The translations under genes were made by a program, and so were the position numbers. This document shows positions 7,092 to 17,500 of a DNA stretch of 64,000 bases, one piece after another; positions within the stretch are counted from its first letter, which is position 1; every line of letters begins with the position of its first letter. This DNA comes from a virus. Below the pieces are notes generated by a model. That model was not told where the DNA came from and made no database searches. It saw nothing but the letters and a program-made list of their open reading frames with translations. The stretch lies in the IMG/VR virus record IMGVR_UViG_3300020411_003715, positions 116,107 through 180,106 of that record. One strand, written 5' to 3'.

Positions 7092-10023
7092 GATACCCGC
7101 GAGCGAAGTAGATGACAGCATTAACGTTCTCGGCCCAACGTCCCCCGCCATAAACAGGGGGGTCGTTCAGTCCGCAGACAGGATCGTCGACAACATAAAA
7201 GACTTTGTCTACAGGGCGCTAAACTCTGATGTAGACTCTGTATATGCGCTTATGTTCTTCCTTCGAAATAAGGAGATCCTAGCCTGTACGGAGGCACTGG
7301 GCGCAATTGTAGATGCGCTTGAGTATGCGCCTTTTTCTCAAGGCCAAGAGACCGAGCTTTCTACAGAAAGCATAGAAGAGATAGAGGACATCCTGCTAGA
7401 TATGGCCTCTGCAGGTGACACCGGGCTTAAGCACCTCACTGAAAGACTTGAGGGGGCGGTAGCTAACCTGTCTAGGAGTGCCAGAACCTCTACGGGGGCT
7501 AGACTCTCTGGGGTTAGCCGGGACACCGCAAAAGCAACAACACAATCGCTGTGCAGGGAGCTTTCCTTCTTCCTGAAAGACATCCTGAGAAACGCAGAGT
7601 ATTTCAGGGATACTATCGAATCCTATATGGGTGCAGACCTTGAGGCTGCGGGGAAGTACAGCCAAGCAGCCACGGCGGCGACTGTTATGGGAGCGCACGC
7701 CGAAGATGCGTTCAGGGACCCAAACAAAGCCGTCATCGATGCCGTCGTTGCACTATCTCTAGTGAAACAAGCTCTTGAGCCTAAGCGAGACATTCGCCTC
7801 CCAAAATTTGACGGGGACGTGTTAAACCTTCCCGGGGAGCGGGGGGAGCTTCTTAGTGGAACACTTCCGTTTATCGTTCAGCCCGAGTCTGAGTCAGTAA
7901 CGTTCGATCTGGACGGGTCCACCGAAAAGAGCGCCTCCCTGACAGCTCCACAATCCCTCAGCCCTGTAGATACGGTCACCATAAGCGATTTTGACATCGT
8001 AAGGACTTCGTCTGGATTAATGTGCACCATGAGCGCTGAGGGCTTTGAGTCATATGTGGTTGACCAAGGTAACCCATACTCACACCCAGATAACGATACG
8101 TCGCCAGCATTTAAGGACGTTGTAGTCCCTTACTCTGTAAAAATACAAGGAACATGGCTCACAGACCCAAACGACCCAAGCACGCAGGCCGCATATACGA
8201 TAGTCGATGTCCCCAATGACCCAGATGATTTATCCCAAGGAGGGCTACTAAAAACTATCTCTTTCGACCAGTTAAATCTCACAACTGTCGGCCAGATAGA
8301 TTACCTGAACGGTTATTACGCAGTCAGGATAGAGAACCACACGGGCTTCTACCTATTTGGCGGCGCATACGTTACTTATGACTATTACGTTCTTGGCGAC
8401 CTGATGTACAGGCACACTTCGGATAGTAAGTTCTGGGGCGTCAACAATGAGGTCGTACCCATGGATGGGCTATCCCTGGTGGCGCACAACAGTATTATTT
8501 CTTGGAACCCGAGCCTTGAGAACTCTGGCAAGGTTATCACCTGCGCTGGAGGCAAGAACGTTTCGGCAGGGAGCGCGTGGAAGACCTCCTTGGCGTCAGT
8601 ATTGGCAGGCTCTAGTTTGACCTCTGAGGGGACCGGGGTGGTAATCGAGGAGGGTGACTCGGAGACGAATAGTTTCTCTGTATCACTTTCTCACCGAGGC
8701 TCCGCCGTGCGACTACATTATCCACACATGAGCACCTCCCCTAGTGATCTGTTTCATCCAGGAGCTATGGCTCCCAAGTTCAAAACCAAGCCCAGCATAA
8801 ACATTCTTCTTGGGCTCGTCAGGGATCTTCGGATGGAGAGGTTTGGGGATGATACCCCCTACGAAGATATCTCTAGAGACGGCATGGCCGAAGGCGAGTA
8901 CGCCGAGGACACAGCCATTAACGGAGAAACAGTTAACATTGGGCAGGTCGACACACTGTCTGAAACGGTTGTTACCGGAGGGGTAGATGCGGTGACAACA
9001 GCCATGTTGATCGCCATACCATCAGAAGATGCTGTATCACCGGGAGATAACCTCTACGACAAAAAGACGGGAAGCAACAGTAAGGTCGTTGGTAGGTTAG
9101 AGCATGGCGGGGTTGTCTACACCAAGGCTGAACCGTCATTTGCAAGACCTGTCACTGAAGACGGGGTGGCAATACAAGCTCCAGCAGACATCGTGATGAC
9201 GAGACGGAGAGTGCGTGTTGAGTCTAGGTCTAACGCTGCATCTAGCAGCGTGGCTGTCTCGGGAGGATCAGGGGACAGGCTCGGATTTAGCGGAGAAGGG
9301 AAGGGAATCAGCACAACTGTAGCACTTGGCGCTACGCTGGACCTTGTTAATCCGAGCACCGATCCCGGGTACAACGTCAAGCCTAACGATCCTGTTCTAG
9401 AGGTCTTTGATAACGGGGTAACCAGAACAATCGGGAGAGTTGAAGGGGTCACGGGAAACCGTATTACTATAGTAATAACGCCAGGGGTGACATTTGAATA
9501 CCCACTCAGGCATCTTCAGATAGTTCCGCTTGGATGGCTCTCAAGGAAAGATATTGGCGGGGATTTATCTTCAGCAATAACCCTTCTTGAAAACATTGAT
9601 ACAGAAAAGCTTGTTGAGCTTTCAGTGGTCTACACCGAGTCTGGTGCTGCCCAGGGACAGTTTTTCGGGGAGCTTTCTTCTTCTATTGATGCATTGAGCC
9701 TTCTAAGAAATACCTATCTTAAATATGAAGCCCACGTAGTTAACACTGTTAATAAGCTGGTAGATTATCTGAAGCAGGAAAAACTTACGTATGTCCAAGA
9801 GTTGGTGATGACCGGTAGATTTAATGAAATCTCGCAACTTACCCCAGATAAACTATCCTCTAAGGGGGATGTTGAGAGTATGCTTGACGCCGCATACTCT
9901 CTTCTTGGGGGTGGTGCCGAAGAGACGGTCATAACTCGTGGGTTTGACCCGCTGTCTGATTTTGCGAGCAGGGGTGAAAATGAAAACTCTTTCATAGAAG
10001 AGTTGGCCACTATAGAGGAGTAG
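7075..10023 (+). CDS. Large probable tail/baseplate structural protein (982 aa; ATG at 7081)
   Basis: Helical N- and C-termini with a beta-rich centre, including VVPYSVKI...GQIDYLNG; lies just upstream of baseplate genes. Confidence 0.55.
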   Translation: MAMTGKIPASEVDDSINVLGPTSPAINRGVVQSADRIVDNIKDFVYRALNSDVDSVYALMFFLRNKEILACTEALGAIVDALEYAPFSQGQETELSTESIEEIEDILLDMASAGDTGLKHLTERLEGAVANLSRSARTSTGARLSGVSRDTAKATTQSLCRELSFFLKDILRNAEYFRDTIESYMGADLEAAGKYSQAATAATVMGAHAEDAFRDPNKAVIDAVVALSLVKQALEPKRDIRLPKFDGDVLNLPGERGELLSGTLPFIVQPESESVTFDLDGSTEKSASLTAPQSLSPVDTVTISDFDIVRTSSGLMCTMSAEGFESYVVDQGNPYSHPDNDTSPAFKDVVVPYSVKIQGTWLTDPNDPSTQAAYTIVDVPNDPDDLSQGGLLKTISFDQLNLTTVGQIDYLNGYYAVRIENHTGFYLFGGAYVTYDYYVLGDLMYRHTSDSKFWGVNNEVVPMDGLSLVAHNSIISWNPSLENSGKVITCAGGKNVSAGSAWKTSLASVLAGSSLTSEGTGVVIEEGDSETNSFSVSLSHRGSAVRLHYPHMSTSPSDLFHPGAMAPKFKTKPSINILLGLVRDLRMERFGDDTPYEDISRDGMAEGEYAEDTAINGETVNIGQVDTLSETVVTGGVDAVTTAMLIAIPSEDAVSPGDNLYDKKTGSNSKVVGRLEHGGVVYTKAEPSFARPVTEDGVAIQAPADIVMTRRRVRVESRSNAASSSVAVSGGSGDRLGFSGEGKGISTTVALGATLDLVNPSTDPGYNVKPNDPVLEVFDNGVTRTIGRVEGVTGNRITIVITPGVTFEYPLRHLQIVPLGWLSRKDIGGDLSSAITLLENIDTEKLVELSVVYTESGAAQGQFFGELSSSIDALSLLRNTYLKYEAHVVNTVNKLVDYLKQEKLTYVQELVMTGRFNEISQLTPDKLSSKGDVESMLDAAYSLLGGGAEETVITRGFDPLSDFASRGENENSFIEELATIEE

Positions 10024-10033
10024 GGGACCACGT

Positions 10034-10519
10034 ATGTCATTGACGGATGAAAATAAGCCTGGGGAGGTTGAAGAGGCAGACAGCAAGGGGTATTCCAACG
10101 AAACCAAAGATGTAACCCTGGCCGGAAACGTCAAGGACTACAAGGCGCAGATGAAAACCGCCGCCATTCTTGAGGAAGCCCTTGTCATGCTCCGATCTTC
10201 CGCTAGAACCAACGATTACTTCGTTGGTTACTCTTTGACAGAGGTAATGGAGGAGCGTATCCGCGTGATAGGCGGTAAAACTGGCTTAAACGGGTCGGCT
10301 GACGACGACAAAGTCGTAGATCAATTTATACCCGGAAGTACCCAAAACCCTAAAGCTAGGACTAAAATAGCTAGAGTAAACTACCTTTGGCACCTACTCC
10401 TTGGTGAGGACGAGGGAAAGACAAAAGAAAAGGGCGGGGCTATCGGCATGGCGATAAACATGAAAGAGGTGAAAGACCTCACTTGGCCAGATGGTGAGGA
10501 CGAGGGCACAGGGATATAA
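10034..10519 (+). CDS. Hypothetical virion-region protein (161 aa)
   Basis: ORF fills the operon; TAATG coupling to the next gene; contains MKTAA. Confidence 0.6.
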   Translation: MSLTDENKPGEVEEADSKGYSNETKDVTLAGNVKDYKAQMKTAAILEEALVMLRSSARTNDYFVGYSLTEVMEERIRVIGGKTGLNGSADDDKVVDQFIPGSTQNPKARTKIARVNYLWHLLLGEDEGKTKEKGGAIGMAINMKEVKDLTWPDGEDEGTGI

Positions 10520-11538
10520 TGATCGATCTTCAAACCATATACATCCGAAATGTCGCGGAGCTTGATGACATTAACATCGCTTCGATGATTAGGATTGAGA
10601 ATATTGACGTTAGTGCGGTGACCGATGTTTTGATTAACGGCGCAAGCGCCAAGTTCTTTCCGTTTGGTTTAGATGTGCTGATGGTCGCTCTGCCCGCTTC
10701 TTTTGCGCATTACCAACAGCTCGTAGCGAACGAGGCCCTGGGCACTTCGGTCTCTGAATCCGTAAACGACATTAAGGTTGTGCGGAGATACGAAGGGGTG
10801 GATGGGGCTGAGTACACAAACACAGAAATAGTTTCCTGGGAAGACAACGCACTAGACATTCACGCACCCTATGGGTCTAAGCGCGTAACCCTGGACAGCG
10901 GGGTCCTGAGACTATCCGGCAGAAACTTTGATAAGGTTGTCCGTGTAATTGTGAACGGGAAGGACCAGCAGTTCCTGATTGAGTCTGGTAGTTCGGTTTT
11001 AACCTCGATCCCCCCAAACGATTTACAGATAGAGTCTGTAGAGGTTATTACTACATCCGAAAAGGTTGGTCGCGAAACGTTCTTCGACTACTTGCTGGGC
11101 GGTGATGTAAACGTGGTTTCTGGGTTGTTTAAGATGGTGCAGCAGTTCGTCAAAGTTCTAATGACAACGCCGGGGACAGACTCCTTCAACAAGTCATTAG
11201 GCGGTAATATGCAGAACTGGGTTGGTCAGACGATTAACCTGGACAACCCGCAGGCCCTTGTGGCCAAAACTATAATTAATGTCGTACAAGTTGCGACACA
11301 GATCCAGATCCAGCAGATTGAAGCGAACGTTCCGGTTGATGAGAGATTAAGCGATGTTCAGGTTCTGGATGCAAGATTAGACCCGATGGACCCCTCGATT
11401 ATGCAGATGTCTCTAAAACTAAATACGTTCGCGGGAAAACAGGCGTTTTTTCAGATGCTTGTGGGTCAGGCGAAAGATCAGATTGATGCGGCTGCTGCTT
11501 CGGTAAATCCAAACAGCGCAACCCCTTCGACGAGTTAG
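10519..11538 (+). CDS. gp25/GPW-like baseplate wedge protein fused to two IPT/TIG-like repeats
   Basis: C-terminal MVQQFVKVLMTTPGTDSFNKSLGGNM...ERLSDVQVL fits the gp25 family. N-terminal repeats IENIDVSAVTDVLING...VALP and LSGRNFDKVVRVIVNG...TSIP. Confidence 0.7.
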   Translation: MIDLQTIYIRNVAELDDINIASMIRIENIDVSAVTDVLINGASAKFFPFGLDVLMVALPASFAHYQQLVANEALGTSVSESVNDIKVVRRYEGVDGAEYTNTEIVSWEDNALDIHAPYGSKRVTLDSGVLRLSGRNFDKVVRVIVNGKDQQFLIESGSSVLTSIPPNDLQIESVEVITTSEKVGRETFFDYLLGGDVNVVSGLFKMVQQFVKVLMTTPGTDSFNKSLGGNMQNWVGQTINLDNPQALVAKTIINVVQVATQIQIQQIEANVPVDERLSDVQVLDARLDPMDPSIMQMSLKLNTFAGKQAFFQMLVGQAKDQIDAAAASVNPNSATPSTS

Positions 11539-11550
11539 GTGTAGGTTATT

Positions 11551-14500
11551 ATGGCAGATTCATCTCTTAAAAGGTTTATGATAGAGCGGATGCTCGACCT
11601 TGACCCCACGCTGAGTGAGGACGAGGGGTCTATTATGTACACGAAGGTCATCGACCCGCTTATAGCTAGGCTGGGTGTTGATCCTGTATCTGTAGACGTA
11701 GAGACCTTCATAATGACGAGGCTCGCCAATGACTTTCCTGAGCTTGATGTAAACTCTCCCGGGTCTGTACTACGCGATGTCTTGGTATCCCCCCTCGTGC
11801 TTCTCCTTGAGCCTCTGCGAAGGGAGATCTTTTTCCTAAAGACACAGAACTCCTTAGCAGCAGGGTCGTCTCTAACCGAAGACGAGATGGACGCGCTCTT
11901 ATCTAACGTTCTCTCCGAGAGAAAATACGGTGCACACGCAAGGGGAACGGTGAGGGTTTTTTTCAACTCTGCCAAGACGATCTCTGTCGATTCGTCGATC
12001 GTATTCTCTACGGCTGACGGTATAAACTTCCACCCCGAGCAACCAGAGGTTTTTTACCCCGAAAACTTTACTCGGTCGGGTAACCTATGGTTTGTCGACA
12101 TAGGTATCAGGTCGTCCGAGGCCGACATCTCGGCGAACATTGGAAGGAACCAAATAAAGTTTGTTAGCGGATTAGCTGACGTAACGCGAGTAACCAATCA
12201 GTCTGCCATGTCAGGGGGCATCACCCTTGAGACAAACGAGGCATTTTTAGAGAGGGCTGAGAGGAGCCTTTCAGAAAGGTCACTCAACACCGATAGGGGC
12301 ATTGAGACCGAGCTATACAACAACTTCACTGATCTGGTATCGGTGACGGTAGTTGGTTTTGGCGACGAGGAGATGCAGCGCGACATACTTAAGGGGACCC
12401 TAGATACAAGCTCTTCGGAAAAGGTGGGCCCCCTAGCGTTTATGACTGCCGATTGGGCGACCATTGAGGTTATTAGTGGCAATCTGAGCGGGGGCTTCGA
12501 GAACGGCTTCCCATTTACGAACACGATTGTTCTCAAAGGCCCCTTCACCGGGGATGAGAAGGCCAAAATTCTGTCCGCTAAGTACCTCACTATTTCCGAG
12601 GGAACTCAGTATTACAACAATACACTTCTTGGGCGCGTCCGGGTAATAAGCGAGGTTTCGGAGCACCCGAACACCCAAGACATCTATATAAAAACTTCGG
12701 ACTTTGAGGTCTACCCGCAGCCCGCAAACCTTTATTCGTCCGGAACCTCCGTTCCCGTCTTGGGGCGAACTGACGCAGCGCACCACGGTCTTAATAAACA
12801 CTCCTGGCAGGGGTCCGAATTTAAACTCATTGGCGGCTCTGAGGACATAGATTACGTGACGGGGGCGCACCTCCCCTTTACAGATCATATCGACACCGAC
12901 TTTGATTTTATAGACATTCCCCCCTCTGTTATCCCAGGACGAGACTTCCTCGTTATTTCCAGCGAGGAAGAGTTTCTTGGGTCCGGCGACACGTCTGAAT
13001 GGTCTTCCAAGATCCGAACATTCCCTCTTCTCAAATATTACGGGAATGATGATCTGGGTATTGGGAGGTCGGACAGCTTCATGGTCAGCAAAAAGCGGAT
13101 ACTCTATAAGGGGCAGGCAGAGTATGACTTCGACCCCAATATTGAGTATTCAGCAAGCAGGGAACACATCCACGTCTTGGACTTTGGTGGGCCTAAGCTT
13201 TCTGCGCTAGGTGACGCCCAATATGGCGACGACGTGTACAGCCAAGAGGTCTACGGAGGGTCCGAAAAGGAAGACTACGGGAGACGACCGGGTGTCGCTC
13301 TTGAGGGCAAAAAAGTTAATGCTGTAAGTAAGTACTCTGCACCGTTAGATGGAGAGATAACGACACAAAACCACGATGCACTTCCCCAGGAGTGCGACAT
13401 CATCCTTCACCAGTCACAGAGCCCGTGGTCTACACGAGGCATCGTTGAAGGAGACTATATTGCGTGCACCGCGTACCGGACCAATTTTGCGGGCACCCCT
13501 TACAGGGGAGAGCTTTCGAACGCAGGTGGCGCAATGGCATGGCAGGCATGGGGTAAGGTTAAAAAGGTCGGGATGGGTTCCCCTTGGAGATTGCGTGCGG
13601 AAGGATTGGACTGGAGACCTCTGCACAAAGAGGGGGTTCTAGACTTTTCTCCTGTGAATATGTGCACCGTCACCATAGACAAACCGTTTGAACACTTTTC
13701 GCACAGATGTCAGAGCACCAGGGGTTTTGCTGAGAACATAGGCTCAGGCACACAGGCCAATCCAACCAACACCATTTTGGGTGTCTTGGGCTGGAACGCA
13801 GACCCGGGCAACGGGGGCCACGTTGAGACCCGGAGCATGGCGGCTTTTTGGGTTGCAGAGAGACACTCTGACAACACGCTTATATCCGGGTATATCTCAC
13901 CGGTAGACGGCAACCCTTTTTACTCTTTTGCTAACTACAATAACGCCCTTATGGACGGGGCCCAGCCCTTCTGGGAGGCCCTTGGCAATACGCATGACAT
14001 CATACCGTATTCAAACGGATGCACGCGGGAAGACTGGGTAGATGAGAATGGCAACTGGTCGGGACAGTACGGAAGGTACACGGTTTCGATTAACGAGAAT
14101 GACTTCAGAGCGCAGTGGAACGCCCTTCCCTGGTTTGACAATAACAATGTGCAGGTGAAGTGGTTCAGAATTACTACCTCCATCACAACCCACGCGAACG
14201 AGACGTTTGAAATACACACAGTGCTATCCAACACAGGACCGGCGAATAATGTTTGGTCCGCAAACCCACTACAAAAATTCTTGTATGCCCTCGCCACTAA
14301 CGCGAGATATGGAAGGCGGTTCAAATACTTTCCCGCGAACACGTGGCCCGCACAGGTCGGTGACTGGGACCCTGCGCTAGAGGTACCCCTCGGCCCAGCC
14401 AACGACAAGTGGTTTACAGACGATACCGTTGGGGATACGGGGGACCCCCAAACAGCCTTTACTGGTAGCGGTGGGTTTTCCATGCGTTCCATGATGTACC

Positions 14501-17500
14501 ACGCACTTGTCAATGACTGGACATGGTCAATGACTCTTGAGGAGACCGATGACTTCGACAACGGTCCCTGGGTGGTAGCAAATGGACAGGACCTATCAAG
14601 TTTCGGCTTCTCAGCGACCTCTGGAAACTTCGAGGGGGCAACGTCGCCCAGCACGTACGCGCACGCGAACGCCCTCGTAAACAGTATAAACATGTGCCCG
14701 TGGAACCTAGATGCGGTCCACGGAGGCCTTAGCACCGACAGAACCCTTCGGGCTAGCATTGCCCCCGGATATGAGCCCGATGGGCCAATAAATATTATCC
14801 TAAAATCAGGGAAGGGGTCCGACGGACTCATAACCAAGGAGATATGGTCTTTCGACCTTAGATCGAACGACACAGGGTATCCACCCATGGCCGATGGCCG
14901 TCCAGACCTGTGGAACTTTTTTAACCGATCGGGTGCAGGCAACCCAAGCTTGGACATCCCTGTGGCTGCTCAGGCTGATTATATTCACGTGGGTCTTTGG
15001 AATGGGCCGATGGTCTTTACGGGGCAGCCGGCACTTGCGGGAGAGGTCAATATTGGCCACCCCTACAGAAATGTAAACGGTGGGTTCTCTGGCGGCTTCG
15101 GACCCAGAAAACAGGTTTTTGGTATTGAGAGGGTTTCCCCAACAAACCCTCCGGCCGCTAGTATGCTACCAGCATTCAGCTATATAGCGCCGGGGGACAC
15201 GGAACATGATCCAACAAAAATTGGCTATGAGTTTCTTGGCAGCATGGTCGCTGAGGGAGGGAACGCTGTTGGGGCCCCGCCCACGTTCAACTTAGATACT
15301 AACGAATTTATATTTTCGCTTAATAATTTCCCCATAGCTGAGCCAACAAACGAGGATGATGACGGGGTCTCCCCGGAGTACACTTCGAGAGCGGGCGTAC
15401 GGGTGGTGATGAAAATATCACTCCCGGGACCTGTGGAGGCTGTAGCGCCCAACGCGGGCAAGCCTGCAACTGTCGACATGCTTCTAGCGTTCAGAGACGA
15501 CGGAAATGGAAAGATGATCCTGGATCCCGAATGGGATACCACTGACCAGACAGGCTTCTATTTTGACGCTAATGCCGCCAGTGGGTACGCGTGGCAGGAC
15601 TGGTTAGACGAAGAAAAATCAGAGGTTAACTACGTATCTGGGCAAGTAAAACTCGTTTTCAAAAAGGATCATCAGTTCTCGTTCCCATCTTGGAGCGGCT
15701 TTAATCACGACCCCATAAACCTATCTGGGGTTAGGTCTTACTCGGTAGACAATGTAGATGTGTCAGCAAAGCAGCCAGCGTTCTATGCAGGCTATGTTTA
15801 CATCGATAAGCCTTACAGGCTTTTTTGGACGGCCTATAGGGGGATGCGGGAGCTTCTAACCCCACAAGGCTACACAGTGCCATCTTATGACGACTTCGCA
15901 TTCCTGCCCGCGCACAGGCGTCCAAGCCAGGAGAACCCTATACATACGACTATGCCCAGCGGTTACGTTGGTGATGGCTGGGACAGCGGTAGCGAGAACG
16001 TGTTTACCAATTACCATCTGAACGACACCAGCAACAGGTGTAAGATGGTTTGGTTGCGGTTAGGGAAACCTTTTGACGCTAACCACCCAAGCATCGGAGG
16101 CACGCCTTACGAGAAATGCTTCTCGTCTGAGTTCGTAAGTCTTTCTGGGGAAACCATACCCTTTACCGACTTAGGCTGGGTCCCTAATGAGGAGATCGGC
16201 TATACGAAGCTCAGGTATAAAGAGGGGGTGCTAGACATCGATATCGGGTCAGGAGCATTGGACACAAAGGTGATTCTTACACCCATGAGCCTGCCCTTAG
16301 TCGGTGGGAGTACAAAGATTTCCGACATCGAGAAGGGCCTATCAGACTCAAATCTTCTCAACGTATCTACTTCGGATGCCCCTGAACCCAACGAGAAGGG
16401 GATGTCAGGATTTCTTATCCCGCACCCAATGGGAAGTGCTTATGATATGCACACAGACCATTTCGGTGCAGGAAAGCCGATGACGACTGGGGACAAGCTT
16501 GAGCATCAAGTCGTCAACCTGTACTCGGCAGTGCCCGCTGATGCTGGGGGCCAAACCCTAACCATCTCTGACATGCCCGGTGGCGTGCCTTTCCCGGACA
16601 TCTTTACCTTTAATCCGGTTAAGATACCTAACGACACTGTTCACATTGGAGGCATGACAGATGTTTACGTTAAGTCTGGATCAATCACTGAGAGAAGTAG
16701 CGCCGAGATAAAAATCCAACCGGAAGCGCCCATACAGTCTTTTGAGGAGGGCGGGCAAATTGTTTTCGAGGGCTCCGACGGGATCATAAACTGCTCCATA
16801 AACCAGTCGCATTTCGACAGCCCCACGCTTATCGCCGAGCTTTCGTCCCTGTACGGCTCCGCCCCAAGACCCTTGGATAATCTAGTGGTGGAGATCTTAG
16901 ACCCCCCAACGACAGAGATCCAACCGGTGTTCTTTAGGGCGGTTCACACTACAGACACCGGTGTGAAAATTGACGGAGAGTTCCCAGCATCCCTCGGGCT
17001 CGGGTTTGAGCAACTAAGGTTTAGGGTCCTGAAGGAGTGCGCAACAAATCTCGTTGAGCCGCTTATAATCTTGAAGCAGGGCACAGACCTTGTGGTGAAG
17101 AAGAACGAGATGACTGCCTGGAGCCCGTCTGGATATAATTTCGCAGACAATCCCGAGAACATCACCATATATCTGCACATTGACTCTGATATCGCCTACG
17201 GGGAGTACGAGGTCACAGGGATAAACCTCAACAACCTTGTTTTGGATAAAGCCTTCTCGGAGAGCGGATCAGGTCTTTCATACAGGATATACAAGAAGCA
17301 GGGCGCAGGACTGGCCATGCCGATTGTTCGCGTAAAGGAGGTCTCCCTCTCCGGCGACAGTGAGGGCGTCAACGTCCCGTACAGACATCCTGTGGATGTG
17401 CAATCAAGTGACTTTGCAGGACTTAACGACGACCCCATCAATGAGGACACGCTCGGCATCTCAGGCGGATATCTCACACTGGAGGAGGTGGACCTAGACT

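Noticed and set aside
13935-14957. 340 aa antisense ORF inside the baseplate gene
   Set aside because: Entirely nested opposite a long coding gene, with no motif or SD; best explained as a shadow ORF. The same applies to 30349-31107, 3588-4253, 42089-42475 and 51295-51858.
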